Positions 28,836 to 46,980 of a stretch of 64,000 nucleotides of DNA are shown in pieces. The DNA is taken from the NCBI RefSeq assembly GCF_009914755.1, contig NC_060931.1; one strand, 5' to 3'. This DNA comes from the human T2T-CHM13v2.0 reference genome, Homo sapiens. A model generated the notes under the pieces. The model was not told the origin of the DNA, searched no databases, and saw nothing but the letters and a program-made list of their open reading frames with translations. A program made the position numbers and the translations under genes. Position 1 is the first letter of the stretch. The number at the start of each line of letters is the position of its first letter.

Positions 28836-29419
28836 TGAAAAGTTATATGAGTCACCATCTAAATAATACAAGGAATGGAAACATTTTACAGGTTTGGAAT
28901 TATAGGTTCTAAGTCTTCCCTGAGGGAATGCCTAATTTACATACATGGAAAGGAGAGAATCTTTCACCAAGCCTCTTTCAACATTGTCCCTTTTGCCCAT
29001 ATTTCAGCTTGTGTGAACAAAGAATAAGCCAACTGCAGTCAACAGATGTCTCCTGTAATATGTCTAAGTTGCAAGCATGTGACGAGGGGCAATCCAGGAA
29101 GGGATGCAAGTTGCCAGGCCAGGGTTAATGACTGGGTGGATAGAAATAGATGCAGAGGATGGGTGAATTTGAAGTCCAGGCAATTAAATGGCACTAAAGG
29201 AAGAGGGGGTCAGGGTTCACAGGAGGACAGAAGCTGCAACTAAGAAACAGCCAAAGAGTTCTGCTAAAGGGCCAAGCAGCGGCCCAAGAAGATGTTGCTG
29301 AGGCCATCTTGAAAGAGAAACTGCCCTTCAGAATCCAAGTTAGAGGTCAGGCAAAAGCTGGCTAAAAGTTTTAGTCTGATAAAATGATGGGAAGAAGGAG
29401 GAGGAGGAACAAACACTTA

Positions 29420-29625
29420 TATCATAATACTCACTATGTGACAAATACTGTTCTAAGTTACCTTTACAGGTATTTACAAATTATAAGCATCACAACATTC
29501 CTAGGAGTTATTTTCCCAAATTTTACAGATTAGGGAAATTGAGTCCCAAAGAGCTGAAATATCATTTCCAAAGCTGCATAGTAAGTTGTGGAGCCAGAAT
29601 TTAAACAAGGAATTCTAGCTCCTGG
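29420..29625 (-). mobile_element. MIR SINE
   Basis: CACTATGTGACAAATACTGTTCTAAG...ATTTTACAGATTAGGGAAATTGAG...AGTTGTGGAGCCAGAATTTAAAC. Confidence 0.75.
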
Positions 29626-31992
29626 GAGCAGGCACTCTCAACAATATGCTGCCTCCTAGAAGTGAAATTTCTGGGTCAAATTGTGTTTGATTTTTAATGA
29701 TCTTTTTCCATATTGCCAAATTGTCTAAGAAAAGGGTTGAACCATCTAATCTTCAGAAGCAAAGTATAAGGCTGAGCCTTTTCTCACACCTTTGCCAACT
29801 GCGAGCACCATCATGTTTCATTCTTGCTCATCAGATATACAAAAAGTGGTCCCTATTCTCAGAATTCAATTACTAATAAAATCATCATTTTATACTTAGT
29901 TTTATTTTTGTGAATTTACTGTCCATGTTGTTGGTTCTTTTTTTTTCTTCTGGCGTCCATCTTTTGTGATGATTTTAAAGCAACCTTATATTTTAAGTTT
30001 ACTAACCTTTTGACTCTTATATGTGTTGCTAATTATTACACAATTTTGTCTTTTAATTATGTATATAGTGTTTTTTACCATACACAAATCTTGAGTTTTT
30101 CATAGTCAAATCTATCTCCCTAGAATTTTAACTACGAAACTTTATTATTTTATACATAATCTTCATTACTAATTACATTATTCTTCTTCATTGTAATTTA
30201 TTACTATACCTTAATCAGTAAATATTTTATATACAAAGGAAAGCACAGACTCTCACAAACATTCATGTAACCTCGTTCAAATTTCACCACTGTAACTTTT
30301 GGCTGCAAATGTGTTCAGATCATTTAAAAAATAACATATCTCGAATACAACTAACACCTCAACTCTTCCCACATTCTCTCTCCAACTCCCTAGTTATTTA
30401 TAGTTCTGAAAGTTTAAGCATTTTTTCACTTACATTTAAGTCTATGATCCATTGTGAATTAATTTTTGTGCAACATACGGTAAGAGCCTAGGTTATTTTT
30501 TCCCAAACATATATCCAATTTTTCCCAGCAGCATTTATTGAAAAGCATGTATTTTCCCCATAGGAATATCTGAGGACCTTGTGGAAAATCAATTAAGCAT
30601 GTAAGTATGGATTCGTTTTTTAACTCTATTCTGTTCCATGGATCATTTTATCTGTTTACACCATACCACACTGTCTTAATTACTACAGCTTTATAGTAGG
30701 TCTGGAAGTGAGGGAGTTTATGCTCTTTCTCTTTTCAAAAATTGTTTTGGATATCCATGTATTTTGCCTATTTATATAAATTTTAAAGTCACCATGTCAA
30801 TTTCTTTTTTTTAAAAAAGGCTTGCTAATAGTTTGACATTTCACTGAATCTGCAGATTACTTTGGGTAGAATTGTTATCTTAACAATATTGACTCTTTAA
30901 ATTGATTAACAGGGTATAAGTCTCCACTTATTAATTACCCTTGGCAACTTTTCTACATCATTTATTAAATTTATTCCTAATTTTATGCTATTGTCAATAG
31001 TATGTTTTATTTCATTTTCTAAATGTTTATTGTTAGAACATAGAAATACTACTGGGTTTTGAATATTGGCCTTTATCCTACAACCGTATTAAATTAATTC
31101 ATTAGTCCTACTAGCTTTTTTGTAGATTACGTAAGCTCATGTTGTCTGCAAATAATAACACTTTGCTTTTCCTTTTCCAATGTTTATACCTTTTTTTCCT
31201 TGCTTTACTACACTGGCTAGGATGTCTAGTAAAATTATAAATATAGAAGTGCTGAAGCAGAAATTCTTAATTTATTCCTGATCTTAGGCAGGAAGCACAA
31301 AACTTTTCATCACTGATATGTGCAGTAGTTTTTTTGGTCTTGACCAGGTCAAGAAATTTTCTTTCTAAAAATCATCATTCATTGAGATTATTTTAATTAT
31401 GAATAAGAGTTGAATGTTGTAAAATGTTTTTGGCAACTTTCGAAGTGACTGTATGTTTTCTTCCTCTTTATTTTATTAATATGGTGAGTTACATTAATTG
31501 ATTTTCAAATATTAAATCAATCTTGCTTTTCTGGAATGAAACCCCACTTCCCCATAATCATGTCTTATCCTTCATATATACAATTAGATTTGATTTGCGA
31601 ACTTTTTGAAAAGGACTCTCTGTCCATGTTCATGAGAGATACTAGTCCATAGTTCTGTCTTTTCTGGACTTTTTCTCTGGTTTGGGTAACAAGGTAATAG
31701 TGGCCTCATAAAATAAGATGAAAAGTTTTTCCTCCTCCTTCATTTTTGAAAGAGTTTTATAAGAGTAGCTTTATTTTCTTTTTTACGTATTTGATAAGAG
31801 CCATCTAGGACTAGCGTTTTCTGTATGGGAAAATTTCAAGTCATAAATTCCACTCTGATATGATTTGGCTCTGTATCCCCTCCCAAATGTCATGTCAAAC
31901 TGTAATTCCCAATGTTGAGGGATAGACCCGGCGGGAGGTGACTGGACCATGGGGATGGTTTTCCCCCTTGCTGTTCTCGTGATAGTGAGTGA

Positions 31993-32310
<318 letters not shown>

Positions 32311-34389
32311 ATGAGTGAGTTCTTATGAGATCTTGTTGTTTAAAGGTGTAGCACTTCCCCCTTCATGATCTCTTTCTCTCCTGCCATGATGTAGAGATGT
32401 GCTTGCTTCCCCTCTGCCCTTCTGTCACAGTTGAAAGTTTCCTAAGGTCTCCCAGCTGTGCTTCCTGTATAGCCTGTGGAACTGTGAGTCAATTAATCTT
32501 CCCTTCTTCATAAATTACCCAGTCTCAGGTAGTCCTTATAGCAGTGTAAGAATGGACTACTACAAAAAAATTGGTACCAGGAGTGGGGTATTGTTATAAA
32601 GATACCTGAAAATGTGGAAGCAACTTTGGAACTGGGTAATGCGTGAAAGTTGGAACAATTTGGAGGGATTAGAAGAAGGTAGGAAGATGAGAGAAAATTT
32701 TGAACTTCCTAGAGACTTGTTGAATGGTTGTAACCAAAATGCTGATAGTGATATGGACAATAAAGTCCAGGCTAAGGTGGTCTCAGATGTAGATGAGAAA
32801 CTTACTGGGACTGGAATAAAGGTCACTCTTGCTATGCTTTAGCAAAGAGACTGGTGGCATTGTGCCCCTGCTCTAGATATCTGCAGAACTTTGAACTTGA
32901 GAGAGATGATTTAGGATATCTGGCAGAAGAAACTTCTAAGCTTCTGGCAGAATAAATTTCTAAGCGGCAAAGCATTCAAGATTTCACCTGGCTCCTTCTA
33001 ACAGCATATACTCACATGCATTTGCAAAGAGGTGGTCTGAACCTGGAAGTTACATTTAAAAGGGAAGGAGAGCATAAAAGTTTAGAATATTTGTAGTATG
33101 ACCACGTGGTAGAAAAGAAAACCCTATTTTCAGTGGATAAATTCAAGCCAGCTGCAGAAATTTACAAAAGTAAAGAAGAGATGAATGTTAATAGCCAAGA
33201 TAGTGAGGAAAATGTCTCTGGGGCATTTCAGAGACCTTCACGTCAGCCACTATTATCACAGGCCTGGAGGCCTAGGAAGGAAAAAAATGGTCTCCTACGT
33301 CAGGCCCAGGGCCCCAATTGTTCTGTGCAGCCTCAAGACATGGTGCCCTATATTTCAGCCACTCCAGCTACAGCCATGGCTAAAAGGGGCCAAGGTACAG
33401 CTCAGGCCATTGCTTCAGAGGGTTCAAGCCCCAAGCCTTGGCAGCTTCCATGTGGTGTTGGGCCTGTGGGTGCACAGAAGGCAAGAGTTAAGATTTGGGA
33501 GCCTGGATTTCAGAGGATGTATGGAAACACCTGGATGTCCAAGCAGAAGTCTGCTGCAGGGGCAGAGCTCTCATGGAGAACCTCTACTAGGGCAATGTGG
33601 AGAAAAAATGTGGGGTTGGAGCCCCCATGTAGAGTCGCCAGTGGGGCACTGTGTAGTGGAACTGTAAGAAGAGGGCCATCGTTCTCCAAACCCCAGAATG
33701 GTAGAACCATTGACAGCTTGCACCATGCACCTGGAAAAGCTACAGGCACTCAGTGCCAGCCCATGAAAGTAGCTACAGGTTCTGTGTACCCTGCAAAGCC
33801 ACAGGGACAGAGCTGCCCAAGGCCTTGGGGAGCCCACCCCTTGCATCAGTGTGGCCTGGATGTGAGACATGGAATCAAAGGAGATTATTTTGGAGCTTTA
33901 AGATTTAATGCCTGTCCTGGTGGGTTTTGGACTTGCATGGGACCTGTAGCCACTGTGTTTTGGCTGATTTCTCCCTCTTAGAATGGGTCTATTTACCCAA
34001 TGCCTGTACCCCCATTGTATCTTGAAAGTAACTAACTTGTTTTTAATTTTACGGGCTGATAGGCAGAAGGGACTTGCCTTGTCTCAGATGATACTTTGGA
34101 CTCGGCCTTTGAATGAATACTGGAATGAGTTAAGACTGGGAACTGCTGGGAAGGCATGATTGTGTTTTGAAATGTGAGAAGGACATGATATTTGGGAGGA
34201 GCGAGGGGTAGAATAATATGGCTTGGCTCTGTGTCACCACCAAAATCTCATGTTAAATTGTAGTTCCCAATATTGGAGACGGAACCTGGTGGGAGGCGAA
34301 TGGATCATGGTGGTGTACTTCCCCTTTGCTATTCTCATGATAGTAAGTTCTCCTGAGATATGGTTGTTTAAAAGTGTGTATCACCTCCC

Positions 34390-34396
<7 letters not shown>

Positions 34397-34427
<31 letters not shown>
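34397..34427. repeat. (TC)n microsatellite in the MaLR 3'LTR
   Basis: About 15 perfect CT units. Confidence 0.95.
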
Positions 34428-34430
<3 letters not shown>

Positions 34431-34899
34431 GCTTTCTCCCCCAGTCAACATGGTTGTAAGTTTCCTGAAGCCTCCCAGCCATGCTTCCTATACAGCCTGC
34501 AGTGAGTAAATTAAACCTCTTTTGTTCATAAATTACCCGGTCTCAGGTAATTCTTTAGAGCAATGCAAGAACAGACTAGTACATATTCCTTTAATTAATA
34601 TAGAGCTATTCAAGTTTTGTGTTCCTATTTTGGTAATTTGTATTTCTCATTTCTATTTTAGCAATTTGTATTTTTCAAGGAATGTAGCCATTTTATCTTA
34701 ATAGATTGTCAAATCCACTGGCATAAAGTTAATATTCTGTTGTTGCCTTTTTATTATCCGTAAGTTCTATAGTAATGTCCCCTCTCTCACTGCCATTGTT
34801 ATTTTAGTCTTCTATGAACATCAGTTAAATCAAGATGGCTGATAATGTTGTTCACATATTCTATCTTTGCTGGATTTTTTCTTAGTTGTTCTTTTGATT

Positions 34900-35216
34900 T
34901 TTGTTGCTGTTGTTGTTGTTGTTGTTCTTGTTGTTGTTGAGACAGGCTCTCCCTCTGTCACCCAGGCTGGAGTGCAGTGGCACAATCATAGCTTACTGCA
35001 GCCTTGACCTCTCAGCCTCAAGTCATCTTCCCACCTCAGATTCCTGAGTGGTTGGGACTACAGATGTGCATCACCATGTCTGCCTACTTTTTAAATGTTT
35101 TTTATAAAAATAGGGTCTCACTATGTTGCCCATGTTGATCTTGAACTCCTGGGCTCAAGTCAGCTTCCTGCCTCAGCCTCCGAAACTGCTGGGATTACAG
35201 GCATGAGTGCCTGGCC
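34900..35216 (-). mobile_element. AluJ with (GTT)n tail
   Basis: AATCATAGCTTACTGCAGCCTTGACCTC, CTATGTTGCCCA and CTCCTGGGCTCAAG are AluJ features. The tail has become (TTG)n at ~34903-34938. Confidence 0.93.
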
Positions 35217-36654
35217 TTTTCAATTGTTGAGAAAGTAGTATTAGACTCTCCAACCATCATTGTGGAATTGTCTATTTCTCCAACTACCTTTGACAATATT
35301 TGCTTCACGTATTCTGAAACTCTGTTATTAGGTGCATGCACATCTATGATTGTTAGCAGCAGTAGCGACTTCCAGAAACTTCAATTATTCTCTAGGAATT
35401 ATCAACTTCAGAGTTACAGGGAGCTGAAAATATTGGTAGCATATTTCCTCGTATACTTGCATTTCCAATAATTTTTTACAGCTTTATTTTCCTAGAAGAA
35501 GTTAAACTTCTTTCTACTCAAAAAACTTTAAAATTGCTCCTGTTTTACTTGAACAACATTTTACAACTGTAAGTACAAGCAATACCTACATGATCATAAT
35601 AAATACTGAATATTTATTTAGTAAAAGTTATTAAATGTAAGAAGAATGTGGGCTACATAAGAAGAATGGGAGAAAGGAAGTGTAAAATTGGGGATGGGGT
35701 ACATAATTAGTATGGCAGCTAAATTTTCATCTTCCTTAGTAGGAACTGAATTGATAATCTAGTATTAAAGATCAAGAAATAAAAACTTAGATATATTATA
35801 TACAAATATGGAAATAACTACAAAAGGAAACATTTAAAACAGTTGAAATTGTTTACTTCTGGAGAGAGGCACTTGGTTTCTTCTGGAGACAGGTACTTGG
35901 GTATAGGGAAGGGTGGGAGAGATGGAGCCAGAGAATGTTGGTTTTTATTATTAGCCCTGTGTTATTGACTCTTTGTATGTACTTTTATAAAAATAAAATT
36001 TTACTTAAATGTAATTTAAATGTAACTCAAAGTGTGATTCCATTTCTGTCGAAGGTCATATAAGTACCACATCCAGGGAATATTCAATAGAAGAAAAGAA
36101 TCAGTGGCTGCTTGATAGGTCCTGGTTTCATGGCAGAGACATAATTTAACTTGAATTCTAAAATATGGGAGCAAGTGACATTAGATTTCAGTTGTTGATA
36201 TTACTAGGTTATAAGTGTTTTCTAGGGAAGATATATACCCATGACAACTTACAGACCTGAATTCTCAGTGACATTTCCTGTCCCAAGGCTGATTCAATTC
36301 TCAGAATAACAATTATTGCCTTTCTCCAATATCCTTTTTCATTTCTGTAACACAGAAGAACTTTCTGGCCTAGAATTGTTCTACTTTCAACACAGCTAGC
36401 ATGCAATGTTATGGCAAATTCAGAGACTCAGGCTTCTCCTGAGAAATCTGAACATCTTTTCCAATTGATTATATTAAATAGCACATAATTTTTCTTTGAG
36501 GATTCAGAAAACCCTTGAGTTGAGTTTGCCTAAGTAAATCAGAGGCAACAACTTAGAAACAGCAGGACTCTGAAGGGTCTAAACATTTACCTAAGCAAGT
36601 ATACTGTGGAATGTAATGAAAAGGTGATTTTCGTATTTTTCCACTATACCTTAA

Positions 36655-36798
36655 ATTTTTTTCTGGGTCTAATTCCTCACTAGGATGAAATTTGAAATAA
36701 GTTACATGAATCTTCAGGTAACTCTCCATTTTTTTCTAGGTCTAATTCCTCACTAGGATGAAATTTGAAACAAGTTACATGAATCTTCAGGTAACTCT
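36655..36798. repeat. 73-bp tandem duplication (2 copies)
   Basis: ATTTTTTTCT(G/A)GGTCTAATTCCTCACTAGGATGAAATTTGAAA(T/C)AAGTTACATGAATCTTCAGGTAACTCT occurs twice with 2 mismatches. Confidence 0.95.
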
Positions 36799-37689
36799 AT
36801 CATAAAGTCTCATTTCAGTGATTAAAATGGCCATTTCCCTGTAATAGAAGTGACTTTAATCTGGAGTTAAATTCACTCTCTTCTCAAGTTCAAAACTATT
36901 AGGTATAAAGTTCTGAAGTCAAGAGAGTCAGTGTTGTCAGAGTACTTCTTCTTTCCTATTGTGTATTTTTATGTATTGTCCCCCAACCTCAATTTATGAC
37001 CTTCCCAGCTTTGGAAGAAGGGAGGAACAGAAATGTTTTACAGTGGTGAGTTTGTTTCATACTCTCTGATCCTTGCAGCCAGGGTCTCTCATGGGGTCTT
37101 TGCACAGTTTAAAGGATCCCACCTCCTTTATCTCTGGAAATCTTCAATAACTACTTCCACGGAGTAGGTGGTCCATCCTCCCTAGTTGGTCATATATCTC
37201 TTTCCTTAGTCCTTAGGCACCTGGCTCAAAGGGAAACTTCTTTCTGCTAAGATCTCTTCTCTTCTCTTGTTTTTCCTCATGAAACTCTCAGGAAACCCCC
37301 ACACTGATCTCTATTGCAGGTGTCCCACAACTGGGAAACACTTGCTCAGCCTGAGCCTCATCAAACACTTTGAGTGCCAGCTGCCCACAGAAGATACTGC
37401 TCTTTCACTCTTCCATTAAACAGACTTGTTGGCCCATAGCTCATCATGTAGATTTTCCAGAAAGATGTTAGCAACAATCCATTATGTCACTTAAACTGCA
37501 GGGGACACATGAGGCATTCTGTACCTGGTCCTGTTGCAGCCTCATTGTCTTGATTTGAGAAGATGGAGGTGGGGGAAGGCATCACAAGACACTAAGATTT
37601 CTTTTTAAGAATAATAATAATCTCTCATTGTCAATTGTTTTATACTCTTGATGTGGGTGAGAGATGTAAGAGGCAGAAAACCAAATTAT

Positions 37690-38118
37690 GATTACCCCCC
37701 GGTAAATCCTTCATCACTGTAAGTGGTAAACATGGAGATGTGGTGCTCATATCCTCTTTCATGAAAGGACTTTTATTGCCCAATTGCTCGGAATGCTGTC
37801 TGTGAACAGTCTTTAGATAACAGTCCTTTAGGAATTGATCCACCCAACATCACACACTTTTTGTGGATGGCCAACATGATGGAGGCAAAGGTATTGAGGA
37901 CCACCTATTTTGTCACAACATGGAACAAATTTGACTGATCATTTTGTAGGGTTTGCTTAGGCTGCTGGGCCTACATCACAGCTCAGTTTCTTCCCCTTCC
38001 CAGTGCTGCTCCATCCTTCTACCTTTCACAGATATGGATGCCAATGGCACTACTTAATAAACATCTAGAAGACTAACCTCTATATCAGAGTCAGGTCCTG
38101 GAGAACAAAAACTGTGAC
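37690..38118 (+). mobile_element. ERVL-type LTR (LTR40-like)
   Basis: 3' end CTTAATAAACATC...CTCTATATCAGAGTCAGGTCCTGGAGAAC...CTGTGAC resembles an ERVL LTR U5 region. Confidence 0.5.
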
Positions 38119-38519
38119 GATAGTGTCTCATACCAGTGAGCAATGTGACACTTATCAAATCTTGGTGCTCTCGCCAAAATTTCTATATTTATATCTTAAA
38201 ACACCATTTGAGCAAAAAAGAATAAATACAGACCTTACTTAATAATCTTATGCTGAGATGGAATATTTATCAATAATAAAAACACTTTTACCGTGGTATA
38301 ATTTTTACATGAAATGTCAAACATTATATTCTGGTGATTTAAACATGGAGCTCAAAAACTTAAATCTATTTGAATTACTCATCCCTTATTCTTTTGTGCT
38401 ATGTATATACTCTGCTTTCATAATGCACGTATCACAGTATATTCTAATTATCTGAAGTACCGGACCTTGGTTTATCGAAGAAAATAACTATCTCTTATTT
38501 GTAGATATGAAAAAACTGA

Positions 38520-43066
<4,547 letters not shown>

Positions 43067-43799
43067 TTAAATTATAAAAAACCAGTAGATCTAACATAGA
43101 ATATAAATTATACAGGAAGAAATCAGCTGACATTGGAAAATCAGAGAAACCATATAATTTAGAAGTTGGAAAGATTTAATGGCATAATAAAGTAAATGGA
43201 GGGTGGAAAAAGAAATCATACTTGAAGTTTAAACAGGAAATATTCTCCATTGAAGGACACAGTGGTTATGATATTTAATCCACAAAGAAGGAAATGTAAT
43301 CTTAGTCTATTACTAGGCTTAGAGTATACAACATTTACCTAGTCATAATAATAAAAAATATTTTATTGATTGTAAAATCCTAATATTGACTTGTAGAGAA
43401 ATCATGGCAGCTTCTATCATATTAACAAAATAATATTATTCAACTTGTCAATGTAAAAATAAAGATATTCTCAACAGAGATAAAGAAGTAAAAAGGAGTA
43501 AGAAGAGAGAGGATTGGCTATCTATGGGATACTTTATTTGGAAGTATTAGGGTGCTTCTCTTACCAAATGAGGGTTCATAAGCTATTTTCTCTGGTTGGT
43601 GAAACAAGAAATGGAGGTTTAGATTGTTTAAAATCACAGAGTTTGTAAGTGAAGCTCAGAACAGTGAGATAAAATACATTGAAAGAATTTCTGGAATTCA
43701 AGGAAGATGAAATAGATGTAATTTTTCCAACTCCTCTCACTGAGTACAACTTAAACTCCGAAAATTTTATATATATAAAAAATAGGATGACTCTACTAT

Positions 43800-46700
43800 G
43801 GAAAAAGAAGACACATTGGCTAGAGATCACAGGACAGGAGGAATAACACGATGGTGACCTCTCCAGGCTTTCTTTTTGCCTCATATACTTCAGACTTGGA
43901 GATTAAAAAGCCAGAAATTCCATAATGCCAATAGAAGCAGACAAGAAGAGCCCCCAAAAAAGCCTACTGTCTCTCTCAGAGGACAGGAAGGGGGCAAATA
44001 TCAAGAGAGACAACTTTTAGACAATGGCCATCCTACTCGGGCTACCACCACAGAAAACCCGTGGCCCAAACCCATCATACCAGTAGAGGCACATTGGGGA
44101 GCCTCATTCATCCTTAGAAGTTTGTAAGAAGTGTTTTAACACCTCTGCCATTTCAGAGTAAGAGAAGGAAACATAATGAACCAAACGTTTTTCCCACCCA
44201 CTGGTTACAACTACCCAACCCCTTCCCAACCAAACTGTCAGTGGATACCACATAGAAAGTCTGGATTTTTCCCCACCTGACAGAAATGAGGTACTCCTTC
44301 CTTACTGGTTTAAATTGGGTGGTTTAAAATAACAGAAATGTATTCTCTGACAGTTCTGGAGGCTAGAACTTTAAAACCAAGGTTTCATCACAGCCACACT
44401 CTCTGAAGGCTTAGGGATAAGATCCTTCCTTGCCTGCTCCTAGCTTCTGGTGTTGCTGGCAATCCTTAGCTTGTAGATGCATCACTTCCATCTCTGAATC
44501 ACACCACATTTTGTGTGCCTTCACATCATTTTCCCTGTGTGCATCTCTGTATCCAAACTTTTCTCTTCTTATGAGGACACCAGTCATTGGCTTAGGGCCA
44601 TCCCTATGACTCATTATAACTCGATTACATCTACAAAGATCCTATTTCTAAGTATGGTCACATTCTAAGTTTCTGAGTGGGCATGAGTTTTGAGGGAATA
44701 CTATTCAACCCAGTGCAGACAACTAAAATAAAATGTTTAAATAAGACCCAGAATCTTATATTATTAAAATTTTCCAAGTTTCCATGGAAAACTACTCTCA
44801 TACCAAGAACCAAGAAGTCTCGAACTAAATGACAAGAGACAAGCAATAGATGCCAACACAAAGATGACATAAAAGTTAGAATTATGAGACAAAGATTTGT
44901 AAGCAGCCACAATAAAAATAACTTAATGAGCAACTAGAAATATGCTTGAAGCAAATTTTTTTACAAATAGAAAACCTCAGCAAAGAAATAAAAAGTCTCA
45001 GTAGAGACTAGAAGATATAAATAAGAACCAAATAAAAATGTTAGAGCTGAAAAATACAATAACTGAAATTAAAAGCTCTATACATGGGCTGAACAACAAA
45101 ATGGGGGAAGTAGAGGAAATAACCCATTAGCTAGAATACAGAACAATAGAAATTACCTAATTTGAACAACAGAAAGAGAAACTGGGAGAAAAAAACTAAA
45201 GGAAACAGAGCCCCTGGGGATTTATGGGACCATAAGAGATCTAACATTCATGTCATGAGAGTTGCAGAAGGAAAGAAGAAAAAAGGTGGGGCTAAAAAAG
45301 CATTAGCAAAAATAACTGCTGGAAACTTTCATAACTGACCAAGAGACACAAACCTAAAGAAACTGAGAGAACCCAAACAGGATAAACAAGAATATCCACA
45401 CCAAAGCACACCACAAGCTTCTAAAAACTAAAAATTATAAACAAAGAAAAAATATTGAAAGCAGTCAGTAAAAAGCAAAAGACATCTTACCTATAGGGGG
45501 AAAATAATCCATGCTAATGACAGCAATTTCACATCAGACACTTTGGAGGTTATAAGGAAGTGGCACAATATTTTCACCTGCTGAAAGAAATCAACTATCA
45601 ACCCAAAATCCTGTATTTATATCCTTCAGAAATGAGCTGGAGATCAAAATGTTCTCAGAGGAAGAGAGAATTTGTCATCAGAAGATCAATCCAAAAAGAA
45701 TGAAAATGAAATGATAAAAGAAGAAATCTTGGAACATGAGGAAGGAAGAAAGAACATAGTAAGCAAAAAACATAGGGAAATACAATATACTTTTCTTCTT
45801 TTGTTACATTTTTTAAATTTATGTTTGACAGTTGAGACAAAATTATAACATTATTTGATGTGGTTAAGGCAATTACATTACAAGCAGAGAGGTAAAGAGA
45901 AGTAAAGGAAAGTTAGATTTCAATATCTTACTTGCACTAGTAAAATGATGACACCAGCAGTTTGCCACAAGTTATATTTATATAATGTAATATCTAAAAC
46001 AACTACTTTTTTTGAATATATAAAAAGAAATGCATTTAAAAACATTATACATAAGTCAAAATGGAATACTAAAAAATAACCCACTGGAAGGCAGGGGAAA
46101 GAAAGAAAAAAAAAAGGGAGAAAGAGACAGAGAAAATAAAATGACATAATTAAAACTTAACACATCAGTAATTACATGAAAGGTAAATGGTGTAAATATG
46201 CCAATTAAAAGACAGAGTTTGGCACAGTGGATTAGAAAAACATGCTTTTACTATATGCTCTCTAGAAGAAATTCAGTTCAAATGTAACAATTTAGGCTGG
46301 TTGAAAGTAAAATAATGAAAAAAATATGCAAACCTTAATGAAATGATAGCAAGATAAAGTAGACTTCGGAACAAAGAAAATTGCCAGAGATGGAGAAGGA
46401 TTTTATGTAATAATAAAAGGGTCAATACAGCAAGAACACATAGTAATTTTAAATGCATATGCACCAAAAAGCAAAGTTACCAAATTTGTGCAGAAAAACT
46501 GGTAGAACTGAAAACAAAAATAGGTAAATCTGTAATATAGTTGGAGACCTCAACAACCTTCTCTGAAAATTTGAAGAACAATTAGAGAAAAAAATCCAAG
46601 TGAGACCCCATCTCTAATGAAAAAAAAAATTACCAAAGATATGGAACTCAATCACACCATCAACCAATAGGATCTAATCAACATTTATAGAACACTCCAC

Positions 46701-46980
46701 CCCAAAACAGCAGAATATATATTCTTTTCTAGTGCCCATAGAACATACACCAAGATAGATCATAGACGGCCATGAAACAAACCTCAACAAAATTTTAAAA
46801 GTTAAAATTATGTAAAGGGTTTTTCTAAACACAATGGAATGAAAGTAGAAATTAATGACAGAAAGATTTTAGGAAACTCTCCAAACACTTGGAACTAAAT
46901 AGCGTGCTCCATGGATCCAGGAAGAAATTTCAAGGAAAATCAAATGGCACATTGAAATGAATAAAATGTAAACACAACAC
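43800..46980 (+). mobile_element. Old L1M (5'UTR, ORF1, ORF2 endonuclease remnants)
   Basis: AGAGCTGAAAAATACAATAACTGAAATT, CCAATTAAAAGACAGAG, ATTTATAGAACACTCCACCC, ACACAATGGAATGAAAGTAGAAAT in L1 order. Confidence 0.75.
44305..44716 (-). mobile_element. MLT1C-like solo LTR in L1M
   Basis: AACAGAAATGTATTCTCTGACAGTTCTGGAGGCTAGAA...TATGAGGACACCAGTCATTGG...CTATTCAACCCAGTGCA. Confidence 0.85.
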
